Positions 47,187 through 58,174 of a stretch of 64,000 bases of DNA are shown here, piece after piece (within the stretch, counting starts at the first letter, position 1; the number at the start of each line of letters is the position of its first letter). Both the position numbers and the translations under genes were made by a program. This DNA comes from Bacteroidota bacterium (GTDB taxonomy: Bacteria > Eisenbacteria > RBG-16-71-46 > SZUA-252). The stretch lies in NCBI GenBank assembly GCA_050257045.1, contig JBLMWD010000074.1, forward strand, positions 6,442 to 70,441. Reading direction: 5' to 3'. The notes beneath the pieces were generated by a model that was given only the letters and a program-made list of their open reading frames with translations, did not search any database and was not told the origin of the DNA.

Positions 47187-48969
47187 GAAGAGCGCGGCTC
47201 CATCGGAAGCGGCGGATACCGGCGCTCTGAATCTCCTCTGGGCTTCCGCATTCGCGGGAGCTCTCGCCGAAGCCGGCGTGCGCGAGGCGGTCATCGCGCC
47301 CGGCTCGCGCTCGGCGCCGCTCGCGGTGGCGCTCCATCGCTCATCGATCCGCACCCACGTCGCGCTGGACGAGCGCGCCGGCGCCTACTTCGCGCTCGGG
47401 ATGGCCAAAGCCTCGCGTCGCCCCGCCGCGGTCCTCTGCACGTCCGGCACCGCGGCCGCCAACTTCCATCCCGCGATCCTCGAGGCGCGGCACGCGCGCG
47501 TCCCGCTGATCGCGCTCACGGCCGACCGGCCGCCCGAGCTGCGCGATACCGGTGCGCCCCAGACCGTGGACCAGATCCAGCTCTTCGGAAACGCGGTGCG
47601 CTGGTTCTGCGAAGTGGGCACGCCGGAGCCAGGGACCGACGCCCTTCGGTACGTCGCGTCGCTCGGCGCGCGAGCCGCGCGCGAGGCGCTGGGCCCGCCG
47701 GCAGGTCCCGTGCATCTCAACTTCCCCTTCCGCGAGCCGCTCCTGCCAGATTCGGGCTCCGCGTCTTCCGCGGAGCCCGCGTCCGACGCATCGCCCGCCG
47801 AGCTCGAGCTCCCCGACGACGGCCCCGCCCCCGCACCGCGCGTCGTCGAGCGATTCGCCCGACTGCTCCGTGCCCGGCGCCGCGGCCTCATCCTCTGCGG
47901 TCCGGGCGACGGCGGACCCGACTTCAGAGAAGCGATCGGTGCTCTCTCTGCCGCGACGGGTTATCCGATCCTCGCCGACCCGCTCTCGGGGATCCGCTAC
48001 GGCTCCCGCGAGCAGGACCGCGTGTTCGGCGCGTACGACGTCTTTCTCCGCTCGTCCCGCTTCGTCGGGGGCGAGGCGCCCGAGGCGTTCGTGCGCTTCG
48101 GCGCCGCGCCCACGTCGAAGGCGCTCGCGCGGTACGCCGCGCGCTTCCCCGAAGCCATCCACCTCGCGGTGGACGCCGCCGGAGAGGCGCGCGATCCGAG
48201 CCGCCTCGTACGGGAGGTCGCCGCCGCGTCTCCGGCTCCGTTCGCGCGCGCGCTGGCCGAGAAGCTCGCGCGCGGCGCCGAGCCGCTCGCAGCCTGGGGC
48301 GACCGCTTCGGCGCCGCGGAAGAGGCTGCCCGCTACGCCGTCGAAGCGGCGCTCGCCCGCGAGCAGGGCGCGATCTCCGAGGCGGGGCTCTTCCCGGCCC
48401 TCCTCGACGCGGTTCCCGAAAACGGACTCTTCTTCGTCGGGAACAGCATGCCGGTGCGCGACCTCGATTCCTTCGCACCGGGCGGCAAGCGCCCGGTGCA
48501 AGCCCTCGCCAACCGCGGCGTGAACGGAATCGACGGCGTCCTCTCCACGGCGCTCGGCGCGAGCGCGGCGTCGGAAGCTCCGGTTCTCGTGGCGCTCGGC
48601 GACCTCTCGTTCCATCACGATCTGAACGCGCTCGCCGCGCTCCGCGAAGGGCGGGCCCGCGCCGTGATCGTGGTCGTGAACAACGACGGCGGCGGGATCT
48701 TCTCGCTCCTCCCCGTCGCGGAGCACGGGGACGTCTTCGACCGCTACTTCGGAACGCCGCACGGGCTCGACTTCGCACACGCCGCGGCGCTCTACGGGAT
48801 TCCGTACGCGCGCCCGGCCCGTCTGGACGAGCTGCGCGAGCGCGCGAGCGAGGCGCTTCGCACCTCACGCAACGAGATGATCGAGATCCGGACCGACCGC
48901 GCCGCCGGCGCCGCGCACCGCCACGCGATCCTGGCCGAGGCGGTCCGCGCCGTGGAGCGCGTGTCGTGA
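47173..48969 (+). CDS. menD: SEPHCHC synthase
   Basis: [70 protein letters not shown]. Confidence 0.97.
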   Translation: MPRVEKSAAPSEAADTGALNLLWASAFAGALAEAGVREAVIAPGSRSAPLAVALHRSSIRTHVALDERAGAYFALGMAKASRRPAAVLCTSGTAAANFHPAILEARHARVPLIALTADRPPELRDTGAPQTVDQIQLFGNAVRWFCEVGTPEPGTDALRYVASLGARAAREALGPPAGPVHLNFPFREPLLPDSGSASSAEPASDASPAELELPDDGPAPAPRVVERFARLLRARRRGLILCGPGDGGPDFREAIGALSAATGYPILADPLSGIRYGSREQDRVFGAYDVFLRSSRFVGGEAPEAFVRFGAAPTSKALARYAARFPEAIHLAVDAAGEARDPSRLVREVAAASPAPFARALAEKLARGAEPLAAWGDRFGAAEEAARYAVEAALAREQGAISEAGLFPALLDAVPENGLFFVGNSMPVRDLDSFAPGGKRPVQALANRGVNGIDGVLSTALGASAASEAPVLVALGDLSFHHDLNALAALREGRARAVIVVVNNDGGGIFSLLPVAEHGDVFDRYFGTPHGLDFAHAAALYGIPYARPARLDELRERASEALRTSRNEMIEIRTDRAAGAAHRHAILAEAVRAVERVS

Positions 48970-49838
48970 GCGGGAGCCGCCTCTGCGTCGAGCGCGGGCT
49001 CCGCTACCACTTCCTCCTCTGGGGCTCGCAGCGCGTCCAGGCTCCGGCCGCCGTCTTCCTGCACGGCTTCGCCGGCTCGGCTCGCGACTGGGAGCGATTC
49101 GGCGAGGCGGTGGACCGGCTCGGGCTCCGCGCGATCGCCGTCGATCTGCCCGGACACGGCGACACCGAGGCGCCGGCGGATCCCGCGCGCTTCACCGTCG
49201 AGGAGACCGCGCGCGACCTGAACGCGCTCCTCGAGCTCACCGGCGTCGCCGAGGCGCACTGGGTCGGCTACTCGATGGGCGGCCGGATCGCGCTCTACGC
49301 GGCCGCGGCCTGTCCGGAGCGGACCCGCTCGGTGCTCGCCGAGAGCGCCTCCCCGGGAATCGAATCCGAAGAGGAGCGCGCCGCGCGCCGCGCCTCCGAC
49401 GAGGCGCTCGCGGGCGAGATCCTGCACCGCGGCGTCGAATGGTTCGCGGAGCACTGGGAGGCGCAGCCGATCTTCGCCACCCAGCAGTCGCTCGCCGCGC
49501 GCACGCTGGCCGGGTTGCGCGAGGCGCGGCTCCGGAACCGTCCGGCCGGGCTCGCCGGGTCGCTCCGTGGCGCCGGGCAAGGGGTGCAGCCCTGGCTGGG
49601 CCCGCTCCTTCCCCAGATCCGCTGCCCCGCCCTCTTCGTGACCGGCTCGCTCGACGCGAAGTACGGTGCGCTCGCGGATCGCATGGCCGCCGCCGTGCCC
49701 GGCGCCCGGCGGGTCACCGTCCCCGCCGCGGGGCACAACGTCCACCTGGAACGCCCCGAGGCGTTCGAGCGGACGCTCCTCGAGCACCTGATTCCCTTCG
49801 CGGGCGTGACGCGACCGTCGGCCCGCTCGACCCTCTAG
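48966..49838 (+). CDS. menH: SHCHC synthase (alpha/beta hydrolase)
   Basis: [35 protein letters not shown]; position in the operon. Confidence 0.9.
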   Translation: MSGSRLCVERGLRYHFLLWGSQRVQAPAAVFLHGFAGSARDWERFGEAVDRLGLRAIAVDLPGHGDTEAPADPARFTVEETARDLNALLELTGVAEAHWVGYSMGGRIALYAAAACPERTRSVLAESASPGIESEEERAARRASDEALAGEILHRGVEWFAEHWEAQPIFATQQSLAARTLAGLREARLRNRPAGLAGSLRGAGQGVQPWLGPLLPQIRCPALFVTGSLDAKYGALADRMAAAVPGARRVTVPAAGHNVHLERPEAFERTLLEHLIPFAGVTRPSARSTL

Positions 49839-49852
49839 CACAGGAGCACGCC

Positions 49853-50683
49853 ATGCCCGTCGCCACCACGCTCGCCTGGAAGCCGGCGAGGACCTTCACC
49901 GACATCCTCTACGAGAAGGCGGAGGGTATCGCCAAGATCACGATCAACCGCCCCGACGTGCGGAACGCGTTCCGCCCCCTCACGGTCCGGGAGATGGGGC
50001 AGGCGTTCGAGGCCGCCCGCGAGGATCCGGAGGTGGGCGTGGTCATCCTGACCGGCGCGGGCGACGAGGCGTTCTGCTCGGGAGGCGACCAGCGCGTGCG
50101 CGGCGAGCAGGGCTACGTCGGCGACGACCAGGTCCCCCGTCTCAACGTGCTCGATCTCCAGCGGCAGATCCGCACGCTCCCGAAGCCGGTGGTCGCGATG
50201 GTCGCGGGCTACGCCGTGGGCGGCGGGCACGTGCTGCACGTCGTCTGCGATCTCACGATCGCGGCCGAGAATGCACGGTTCGGCCAGACGGGACCCAAGG
50301 TCGGCTCGTTCGACGGCGGCTTCGGCTCGTCCTACCTCGCGCGCATCGTGGGCCAGAAGCGCGCGCGGGAGATCTGGTTCCTCTGCCGGCAGTACGATGC
50401 GCAGCAGGCGCTCGCCATGGGTCTCGTAAACGCCGTCGTGCCGCTCGACCGCCTCGAGGAGGAGACGGTCGGCTGGTGCCGCGAGATGCTCGCAATGAGC
50501 CCGCTCGCGCTCCGGTGCCTCAAGGCGGCCCTGAACGCCGACTGCGACGGACAGACCGGACTTCAAGAATTGGCGGGGAACGCGACACTCCTCTTCTACA
50601 TGAGTGAGGAGGCGCAGGAGGGGCGGAATGCGTATCTCGAGCGCCGGAAGCCCGACTTCTCGCGGTTCCGGCGGCTGCCGTAG
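49853..50683 (+). CDS. menB: 1,4-dihydroxy-2-naphthoyl-CoA synthase
   Basis: CAGGAG RBS; [51 protein letters not shown]. Confidence 0.97.
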   Translation: MPVATTLAWKPARTFTDILYEKAEGIAKITINRPDVRNAFRPLTVREMGQAFEAAREDPEVGVVILTGAGDEAFCSGGDQRVRGEQGYVGDDQVPRLNVLDLQRQIRTLPKPVVAMVAGYAVGGGHVLHVVCDLTIAAENARFGQTGPKVGSFDGGFGSSYLARIVGQKRAREIWFLCRQYDAQQALAMGLVNAVVPLDRLEEETVGWCREMLAMSPLALRCLKAALNADCDGQTGLQELAGNATLLFYMSEEAQEGRNAYLERRKPDFSRFRRLP

Positions 50684-50685
50684 CC

Positions 50686-51570
50686 GTGACCGACCGGGCG
50701 AGCGCCTGGCGACTCGCGCTCCGCATCCCGACCCTCGCGGCGGCGGTCGTCCCGGTGTTCGTCGGGAGCGCCGTCGCCGCGCGGCAGGGCTTCTTCCGCG
50801 CGGGTCCCGCGCTCGCGGCGCTCGCCGGCGCGCTCCTGATCCAGGTCGGGACCAACTTCGCGAACGATCTCTACGACCACGAGAAGGGCGCCGATCACGG
50901 CGGACGGGTCGGTTTCACCCGCGTGCTCGCGGCCGGCTGGCTCACGCCGCGCGACGTACGCCGCGCCATGCTCCTCGCCTTCCTCGGCGCCTCGCTGGCG
51001 GGGGTCTACCTCGCCTTCGCGGGCGGATGGCCGGTGATCGTGATCGGCCTCGCCTCGATCGCGGCCGGCGTGGGCTACACCGCGGGGCGGTGGGCCCTCG
51101 GCTACCACGGGCTGGGCGACGCGGCCGTCTTCCTCTTCTTCGGGATCGTCGCGGTGTGCGGCACGTACTACGTGCAGGCGCGCGCGGTCTCACCCCTCGC
51201 GATCGCGGCGTCGCTCCCGGTCGGCGCACTCTGCACGAACATCCTCGTCGTGAACAACGTGCGCGACATCGAGGCCGACCGAGCGTCCCGTAAGAGAACG
51301 CTGGCGGTCCTGCTCGGGCGGGGCGCCGCGTGCGCGGAGTACGCCCTGCTGCTCGTGCTCGCCTACGCCGTGCCGCTGCTCCTCTGGCTCGGGCACGAGC
51401 TCTCGCCGTGGGCGCTCCTTCCGCTCCTCACTTTGGGGATGGCCGCCGTGATCTTCCGGGTCGTGGTCACGCGGCGGGATGGGCCCGCCCTGAATACCGC
51501 GCTCGTGATGACGGCGCGTCTCCACGTCCTGTTCGGTTCTCTCTTCGCCATCGGGATCCTCGCGCCGTGA
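50686..51570 (+). CDS. menA: DHNA prenyltransferase (UbiA family)
   Basis: [45 protein letters not shown]. Confidence 0.93.
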   Translation: MTDRASAWRLALRIPTLAAAVVPVFVGSAVAARQGFFRAGPALAALAGALLIQVGTNFANDLYDHEKGADHGGRVGFTRVLAAGWLTPRDVRRAMLLAFLGASLAGVYLAFAGGWPVIVIGLASIAAGVGYTAGRWALGYHGLGDAAVFLFFGIVAVCGTYYVQARAVSPLAIAASLPVGALCTNILVVNNVRDIEADRASRKRTLAVLLGRGAACAEYALLLVLAYAVPLLLWLGHELSPWALLPLLTLGMAAVIFRVVVTRRDGPALNTALVMTARLHVLFGSLFAIGILAP

Positions 51571-52682
51571 CGATCGAGTCGGTGCGGCTCCTTCCCTACG
51601 CTCTCCGGCTGCGCGATCCCTGGCCGGCGGTACCCGCGCCCATCGCCGAGCGGGCGGGCTGCCTCCTCGTCCTGACGGACTCGGACGGCCGGATCGGACT
51701 CGGGGACGCGGCGCCCTACCCTGGCTTCGGGATCGAGACGCTCGGATCGAGCACGGCCGCGCTCCGGGCCGCGGCGCATCGCCTCGTGGGGCTCCCCGCC
51801 GGGGCGTGGCTCGAGGCCGCCGCCAGCCTCGAGCACCTCGCGCAGGCCGCCGCGACGCCGGCCGCGCGGTGTGCGATCGACCAGGCGCTCCACGACCTCG
51901 CGGCGCAGGCAGCCGGCACTTCGATCGCGGCGCTCCTCGGTGGCCAGGACGCGCTTGCTGCGGTTCCCGTCAACGTCGCCATTCCGCGCGTGACGCCCGA
52001 TCGAACGGCGGCGCTCGCCCGCGAGGCTCTCGCCCTGGGCGCGCGCGTGATCAAGGTGAAGGTCGGGGGCGCGCCGCTCGCCGAGGATCTCGCGCGCGTC
52101 CGGGCCTTGCGCGAAGCAGCCGGGGACGCGGTCGCGATCCGCGTCGACGCGAACGAGGCGTGGACCGAGGAAGAGGCCTTCGCCGCGCTCGCTGCGCTTC
52201 GCGTTTATGAGATCGAGTACGTGGAGCAGCCGGTCCCGGCCGGCGACGTGGCGGCACTCGCGCGCCTCCGCGCCGCGGCCCTCGTGCCGGTCGCCGCCGA
52301 CGAGGCGGTGGTGGACGCGCACTCCGCGCGCCGCGTCCTCGACGCCGAGGCCGCGGATCTCCTCGTCCTCAAGCCGATGGTCCTGGGCGGTCTCCACGCG
52401 GCGCGCGCGGTGGCGGCGCTCGCCGCCGAGCGCGGCGTGGGCGTCGTGGTCACGTCGCTCGTCGAGAGCGCGGTCGGGCGGACCGGCGCGCTCCATCTCG
52501 CCGCTTCGCTCGGTACAGCAAAGCACGCGCACGGCGTCGCGACCGGAAGCGCGCTCGTCGAGGACGTGGCCGAGGCGCCGCGGATGGACGGCGGCGCCCT
52601 CCGGGTTCCGCGCGGCCCGGGGCTCGGAGTGACGCTCGACCCCGAGCGGCTTCGGAGCGCCGCGCCCGTGATGGCCGCATGA
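51567..52682 (+). CDS. menC: o-succinylbenzoate synthase (enolase superfamily)
   Basis: KVKVG, DANE, EYVEQP, ADE, VLKPM; position in the operon. Confidence 0.88.
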   Translation: MTIESVRLLPYALRLRDPWPAVPAPIAERAGCLLVLTDSDGRIGLGDAAPYPGFGIETLGSSTAALRAAAHRLVGLPAGAWLEAAASLEHLAQAAATPAARCAIDQALHDLAAQAAGTSIAALLGGQDALAAVPVNVAIPRVTPDRTAALAREALALGARVIKVKVGGAPLAEDLARVRALREAAGDAVAIRVDANEAWTEEEAFAALAALRVYEIEYVEQPVPAGDVAALARLRAAALVPVAADEAVVDAHSARRVLDAEAADLLVLKPMVLGGLHAARAVAALAAERGVGVVVTSLVESAVGRTGALHLAASLGTAKHAHGVATGSALVEDVAEAPRMDGGALRVPRGPGLGVTLDPERLRSAAPVMAA

Positions 52683-54268
52683 CAGGCCTCACGCACGATC
52701 CGGTCCGGTTCTGGGCCGCGGTGCGCCCCAATCGCACCGCGCTCCGGAGCGCGCACTCGTCGTGGACCTACGGCGACCTCGACCGCGCCGTCTGGACGAC
52801 CGCCGACGCGCTCCTCGAGCGCGGGCTCGGCTCGGGGGAGCACATCGCGCTCGAGTTCGCGCCCGAGGACGCGGTCGCGTTCGCGATCGCCTTCCACGCC
52901 GTGCAGCGGATCGGCTCGCTCCCCGTGCTCGTGGGCGCGCACGGGACCGAGGCCGAGCGGCAGGCGATGCGCGAGCGCGCGCAGGTCGATTTCACCTTGA
53001 ACGCGGGCGATCTCGACATTCCGATGCTGGACCCCGAGGAAACGACAGTTTCCGAGGGAAACGGAGCGGCCGGTCCGGCGGAGGGAACCTCGCCTTCAGG
53101 CGCGGCGGCGCCGCGATCCCCACATCAAGGTGAGGCCACCGGCACCGCCGCGGTCACCGCGCCCGATGTGCCCACCGACGCAGACCTTTTTGTGGAGCGC
53201 CGCCTCGACGCGCCTGCCGCGATCCTCTTCACGTCGGGCACATCGGGCGAACCGCGGGCGGTGGTCCTCACCCACGGCAACTTCCTCTGGAGCGCGCTGG
53301 CCTCGGCCCGGAACCTCGGCGTGCGCGAGAACGACGTCTGGCTCGCCTGCATGCCGCTCCATCACGTGGGCGGCGTCTCGATCCTCGTTCGCGCCGCGAT
53401 GGCCGGAACGGCCGCGCTCCTCCACGAGCGCTTCGATCCCGACGCCGTGAACGACGCGATCGACGCGCGCGGGGTCACGCTCCTCTCGCTCGTCCCGACC
53501 ATGCTCGCGCGGCTCCTCGAGGCGCGCCGTGGGCGCCGCTTCCCTGATACGCTGCGCGCCGCCCTGATCGGCGGCGGGCCGGCCCAGCCGGCTCTGCTCG
53601 AGGAGGCCGCCCGGCTCGGCATGCGCGCGCTCCCGACCTACGGCATGACCGAGACCGCCTCGCAGGCGACCACGCTGCCCCTCCGAGAGTGGCCGCGCGG
53701 CCTCGAGACCGCGGGGCGGCCGCTCCCCTTCACCCAGGTCGAGATTCGCGGCGAGGACGACCGGCCGCTCGGTCCCGGCGCCGAAGGGGAAATCGTCGTA
53801 CGCGGCCCCACGGTGATGGCCGGGTATCTCGGCGACCCCGACGCGACGGCCGCGGCGTTCCAGAAGCGCTGGCTCCGCACCGGCGACGTCGGTCTCTGGG
53901 ATCCGGAGGGGCGGCTCGTGGTTCTCGACCGGCGCGCCGACCGCGTGGTGACGGGCGGCGAGAACGTCTCCCCCGAAGAGGTGGAGCGGGTGCTCGCGAC
54001 GCACCCCGCCGTGCGGGCCGCCTGCGTCGTGGGGCTTCCCTCGCGGGAATGGGGTCAGGAGGTGGCAGCCGCCGTGGAACTGAAGCCGGGCGCGGCGGTC
54101 ACGCCGGAGGCGCTGCGGGAGCACGCGCGCGGCGCGCTCTCCGGGTTCAAGATCCCGCGCCGGGTCCTGATCCTCGACGCGCTCCCCCGCTCCGCCGGCG
54201 GCAAGCTACTTCGGCGCCTGGTGCGCGAGCGGTTCCTCGACGAGATGGCGAAGCAGAAGCACCCGTAG
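52679..54268 (+). CDS. menE: o-succinylbenzoate-CoA ligase
   Basis: FTSGTSGEPR, PLHHVGG, TYGMTETASQ, TGDVG, GGENVSPEEVE, GKLLR. Confidence 0.9.
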   Translation: MTGLTHDPVRFWAAVRPNRTALRSAHSSWTYGDLDRAVWTTADALLERGLGSGEHIALEFAPEDAVAFAIAFHAVQRIGSLPVLVGAHGTEAERQAMRERAQVDFTLNAGDLDIPMLDPEETTVSEGNGAAGPAEGTSPSGAAAPRSPHQGEATGTAAVTAPDVPTDADLFVERRLDAPAAILFTSGTSGEPRAVVLTHGNFLWSALASARNLGVRENDVWLACMPLHHVGGVSILVRAAMAGTAALLHERFDPDAVNDAIDARGVTLLSLVPTMLARLLEARRGRRFPDTLRAALIGGGPAQPALLEEAARLGMRALPTYGMTETASQATTLPLREWPRGLETAGRPLPFTQVEIRGEDDRPLGPGAEGEIVVRGPTVMAGYLGDPDATAAAFQKRWLRTGDVGLWDPEGRLVVLDRRADRVVTGGENVSPEEVERVLATHPAVRAACVVGLPSREWGQEVAAAVELKPGAAVTPEALREHARGALSGFKIPRRVLILDALPRSAGGKLLRRLVRERFLDEMAKQKHP

Positions 54269-54649
54269 GTCCTCGGGGATCGGGATCGGCCGCATCGTGG
54301 CGCGCGCGACGAACGCGTGCACCGTCTTCGCCGTGGCCCGGAGGTCGCCCGCGCCGCCCGGTCCTGTCACGCGGTAGCCGAGCGTGAACGACGCGCGCCC
54401 CACGCGCGTCACGTCGACGCGCACCGTCACCTTCTCCCCATGCCGCAGCGGGGACTTGTAGTCCGCCTCGCTGTGCGCGATCGGGATCAGGAAGTCGGCC
54501 CCCGAGAAGATCCAGGCGCGATCGACGCCGGCCGAGACCCAGAGCTCCTCGTAGGCCTGATGGCAGTAGTCGTAGATCCGGCCGAAGAAGAGGACGCCGG
54601 CGGCGTCCACGTCCTGGAAGCGGACCGGGAGGGTGGTCTCGACGCTCAC
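54206..54649 (-). CDS. menI: Hot-dog thioesterase, probable DHNA-CoA hydrolase
   Basis: GTG overlapping the menG stop; VRFQDVDAAGVLFF resembles the 4HBT-type (cyanobacterial-like) DHNA-CoA thioesterase motif; men context. Confidence 0.75.
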   Translation of the reverse strand: MSVETTLPVRFQDVDAAGVLFFGRIYDYCHQAYEELWVSAGVDRAWIFSGADFLIPIAHSEADYKSPLRHGEKVTVRVDVTRVGRASFTLGYRVTGPGGAGDLRATAKTVHAFVARATMRPIPIPEDLRVLLLRHLVEEPLAHQAPK

Positions 54650-55344
54650 GCGACCACGCCGACGTAGATGTAGGCTACCCCGCCCGTGAGCGCGCGCGTG
54701 CGCACCTCGTGGAAGCGCCCCGTCGCGCGCATCACCTCGGCGAACGCCTCCCCTGCGGGAAAGCTCGCGGCGGTCCGATCGAGATACTCGTACGCGGACC
54801 GCCGGCCGCTGATCCAGCCACCCACCCGCGGCAGCACGGCGCGGCTGTACCACCGGAAGAAGGGCCCGAAGAAGGCGCCGCCAGGCTGACCGAACTCCAG
54901 CACCACGACGCGCCCTCCCGGCCGCGCCGCGCGCGCCATCTCGCGGATGCCCCGCTCGGGGTCCTCCACGTTCCGGATGCCGAACGCGATCGAGACGACG
55001 TCGAAGGCACCGTCGGCATACGGCAGCGCGAGGAGGTCCGCGACCTCGAAGCGCACCGGCATGCCGGCGCGCTCCGCCTTCGCGGGCCCCAGCGCGAGCA
55101 TCTCCTCGCAGAAGTCGGCGCCGACCACCTCGCCGCGGTCCCCCACCGCCCGGCGGAACTCGATGGCGAGATCGCCCGTTCCGGTGGCGCAGTCGAGGAC
55201 GCGGTCGCCGGGACCGGCCCCGCTCTCCCGGACGGCGATCCGCCGCCAGCGGTGGTGCATGCCGAGGGAGAGGACCTGGTTCGCGCGGTCGTAGGAACGC
55301 GCGACCGAGGCGAACATGGATCGGACTTCGGAGGCGGCCGGCAT
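54646..55344 (-). CDS. menG: Demethylmenaquinone methyltransferase
   Basis: MFASVARSYDRANQVLS.G.H..WR, VLDCATGTGD, FGIRNV, LEFGQP, YEYL. Confidence 0.92.
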   Translation of the reverse strand: MPAASEVRSMFASVARSYDRANQVLSLGMHHRWRRIAVRESGAGPGDRVLDCATGTGDLAIEFRRAVGDRGEVVGADFCEEMLALGPAKAERAGMPVRFEVADLLALPYADGAFDVVSIAFGIRNVEDPERGIREMARAARPGGRVVVLEFGQPGGAFFGPFFRWYSRAVLPRVGGWISGRRSAYEYLDRTAASFPAGEAFAEVMRATGRFHEVRTRALTGGVAYIYVGVVA

Positions 55345-55351
55345 GGGCGGG

Positions 55352-55360
55352 AGTGTACCA
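55352..55360 (-). promoter_or_regulatory. Putative extended -10 box (TGg-TACACT) 7 nt before menG ATG
   Basis: Leaderless-type spacing. Confidence 0.55.
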
Positions 55361-55439
55361 TCGGCCGCGTGCGGCCGCCCTCCGTGGCGCCTCGCCCCGC
55401 TCTCCCGGTGGCGCCTTTGACCCGCTCCCGGGCCAGGGT

Positions 55440-55445
55440 TAGACT
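55440..55445 (+). promoter_or_regulatory. Putative -10 box TAGACT 6 nt before ispG ATG
   Basis: Leaderless-type spacing. Confidence 0.55.
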
Positions 55446-55451
55446 GGGTCG

Positions 55452-56717
55452 ATGCCCCTCATCCGCCTGAAACCGACGACCTCCCCCGGCGGCAGTCCGC
55501 GCCGGGCCTCCACGACCGTCCGGATCGGCCCGGTCACGATCGGCGGCGGGCACCCCATCGCCGTCCAGTCGATGACCAACACCGAGACGGCGGACGCCGC
55601 CACTACTGCGGCGCAGGTGGTCGCGCTCGCGGAGGCCGGCTCGGAGCTGGTGCGCGTCACGGTGAACACTCCCGAAGCGGCGCGCTCCGTCCCCGAGATC
55701 GTCCGCCGCGTGCGCGACGCGGGGCTCGCCACTCCGGTCATCGGCGACTTCCACTTCAGCGGTCATCTCCTCCTCGCCGACCACCCCGAGTGCGCCCGGG
55801 CGCTCGACAAGTACCGCATCAATCCCGGGAACGTGGGCGCCGCCGAGCGCCACGACGAGCACTTCCAGCAGATCATCCAGGCCGCGGTCGAGCACGGAAA
55901 GCCGGTCCGGATCGGCGTGAACTGGGGCTCGCTCGACCGCGAGCTCCTCACCTCCCTCATGGACGAGAACGCGCGCCGGCCGGCTCCGCGTCCGGACCAC
56001 GAGGTGATGCTCGACGCGATGTTCCAGAGCGCGGTCCGCTCGGCCGTGCTCGCCGAGGAGTGCGGACAGCCGCACGACGCGATCGTCCTCTCGGCCAAGG
56101 TCTCGGGCGTGCGGGATCTGATCGCGATCTATCGCCGCCTCGCCGCCGAGACCGATTACGCGCTCCACCTCGGCCTCACCGAGGCGGGGATGGGCATGAA
56201 GGGCGCGGTCGCTTCCACCGCCGGGCTCGCCGCGCTCCTCCTCGAGGGGATCGGCGATACCATCCGCGCGAGCTTGACGCCGGCGCCCGGCGGCGACCGG
56301 CGCGAGGAGGTCCTCCTGTGCCAGCAGGTCCTCCAGTCGCTCGATCTCCGAGCGTTCGCGCCGCAGGTCACGTCATGCCCCGGCTGCGGGCGCACGACGA
56401 GCAGCTTCTTCCAGGAGCTCGCGGAGTCGGTGAACGATCGGCTGCGCGAGCGGATGCCGCTCTGGCGCGAGCGCTACCCGGGCGCGGAGGAGCTGCGTGT
56501 GGCGGTGATGGGATGCGTGGTGAACGGGCCTGGGGAATCGCGGCATGCCGACATCGGGATCTCGCTCCCCGGCACCGGGGAGCATCCGAAGGCGCCGGTG
56601 TACGTGGACGGGGCGCTCCGCACGACCCTCTCGGGGCCGCGGATCGCTGAGGAGTTCCTCGCGCTCGTGGACGAATACGTGGCGGCGCGTTTCGGGAACG
56701 GCGCCGCGGCGAAGTAG
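55452..56717 (+). CDS. ispG: HMBPP synthase (MEP pathway)
   Basis: [55 protein letters not shown]. Confidence 0.97.
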   Translation: MPLIRLKPTTSPGGSPRRASTTVRIGPVTIGGGHPIAVQSMTNTETADAATTAAQVVALAEAGSELVRVTVNTPEAARSVPEIVRRVRDAGLATPVIGDFHFSGHLLLADHPECARALDKYRINPGNVGAAERHDEHFQQIIQAAVEHGKPVRIGVNWGSLDRELLTSLMDENARRPAPRPDHEVMLDAMFQSAVRSAVLAEECGQPHDAIVLSAKVSGVRDLIAIYRRLAAETDYALHLGLTEAGMGMKGAVASTAGLAALLLEGIGDTIRASLTPAPGGDRREEVLLCQQVLQSLDLRAFAPQVTSCPGCGRTTSSFFQELAESVNDRLRERMPLWRERYPGAEELRVAVMGCVVNGPGESRHADIGISLPGTGEHPKAPVYVDGALRTTLSGPRIAEEFLALVDEYVAARFGNGAAAK

Positions 56718-56719
56718 GC

Positions 56720-57541
56720 CTACCGCGCCCCCCGCGCACGGCCCCAGCGGAACCGAGGCTCCTCCACCTCCTGCCCCATGCCGTCCGATGCGCGCTCGCC
56801 CAGGACTTTGAGCCGCCGCTTCGGCCCCTCCGCCTCGTGCCGCAGATCCCGGACGTAGATTCGATAGCGGCGCACGAGCCACCACGTGATTCCGAGCTGC
56901 ACGTAGACGACCGCAAGGAGCGCGGGGTGGATGCGCGCGAGGACGAGCACGGTGACGGAGAGGACGAGGCCGTAGATCGCCTCCACGAGACCCGGGCCTT
57001 CGAAGGCACCCCAGCGCGGCGTCTCGTCCCCCTGCTCCAGCCGGAGCGCCACGCTCCGGAAGAGGAGGTAAAGGATCACTGCCGACGCCGCGATCATCAG
57101 CTCGAGCGCGGCGCGCTCGGCCGGATGGAAGAGGATCTCCGCCGGACGCGGCCCGAGCTCGAAGAGGAGCGCCGGCGCGACGTAGGCGAGAATCGCGGTC
57201 GAGAGGTTGAAGACGATCCGGTAGGCGCGCACGCCGCGGATCAGCTCGGAGAGCGTGATCGCGAAGCAGATCGCCGCCGTGAGCATGGCGGGCGGGAGGA
57301 GGAACATCCCTGCGATGTAGAACGCCGGCGCCACCGAGTAGGACGCGAGCGTGCGATTCCGACCCGGCATGATGAGCGGCCAGATGGCGAGCGCGGCCGC
57401 GCTCGCGGCGAAGAGCGCGGCGAGCGGCCACGCGGGCACGGCGCTCTTCTGCTCGTGCCCGGCGCGCGCCGCGACCAACAGCGCGAACACCGCGAGCATC
57501 ACGCGGAAGAGGACGATCTGGACGTAGCGTCGGGAAATCAG
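56720..57541 (-). CDS. Multi-pass membrane protein resembling a sensor input module with no output domain
   Basis: About 7 hydrophobic segments; GGAGG 7 nt before CTG 57541 suggests a non-canonical start; short basic C-terminus. Confidence 0.55.
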   Translation of the reverse strand: MISRRYVQIVLFRVMLAVFALLVAARAGHEQKSAVPAWPLAALFAASAAALAIWPLIMPGRNRTLASYSVAPAFYIAGMFLLPPAMLTAAICFAITLSELIRGVRAYRIVFNLSTAILAYVAPALLFELGPRPAEILFHPAERAALELMIAASAVILYLLFRSVALRLEQGDETPRWGAFEGPGLVEAIYGLVLSVTVLVLARIHPALLAVVYVQLGITWWLVRRYRIYVRDLRHEAEGPKRRLKVLGERASDGMGQEVEEPRFRWGRARGAR

Positions 57542-57671
57542 TGGGGCGCCTCCCTGCCGGAGCGGACGGGCTCCCTGCAAGGGAGATATCGGCGCGCAGG
57601 GGTCTCGACTTGAGGCCATAATCCACTGTCAGTCCGTCGCTTGCGAGCCGCCGGTTGAATCCCGCGGCGGC

Positions 57672-58058
57672 ATGGCCGAGATTGGCCCGATGCGCTCCTT
57701 CCTGACGGGCCTGAGCCTCTTCGCGATCCTCGTCGGCGCGGTCGCGATCGCCCTCTCATTCCTCACCCACGCGCCGCGCCTCGCCTTCCGGATGGTGGCC
57801 GCGGTGCTCCTCATCGATCAGGCCACGCTCGCGCTCCTCTATACGCGACTCCCGGCCGAGATCCCCGCGATCCGCACGGCGCTGCGTGTCGGATCGGCAC
57901 TCGTCATTGCCGCAGGCGCGCTCGTGATCGTCTGGAGCGCGCTTCCGCACGGCGGCTCCGGCGAAATCGCAATGCCCGCCGTCGGCGCGATGATGATCGC
58001 GCACGGTGTCGTGACGCTTCTCGCGTTGCGGGGGAGTACGCGCTCCCAAAGCGTCTAA
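57672..58058 (+). CDS. Small 4-TM hypothetical membrane protein
   Basis: Four hydrophobic segments; divergent from the previous gene. Confidence 0.55.
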   Translation: MAEIGPMRSFLTGLSLFAILVGAVAIALSFLTHAPRLAFRMVAAVLLIDQATLALLYTRLPAEIPAIRTALRVGSALVIAAGALVIVWSALPHGGSGEIAMPAVGAMMIAHGVVTLLALRGSTRSQSV

Positions 58059-58174
58059 ACTTTCCTTCCCTCCTGCCGATGCATGGATGTCGCGGCTCCG
58101 CGCACGTGGTTCGGCGCGGTGGTCCTCCGCGGCCAGGGTTCGAAACTTCCCACTCGAATCGAAAGGGGCGGTGC

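Noticed and set aside
57545-57670. Possible riboswitch upstream of the orphan membrane protein
   Set aside because: Only short hairpins; no conserved core of the riboswitch classes I can recognise (c-di-GMP, SAM, TPP, FMN, cobalamin). An Rfam scan would settle it.
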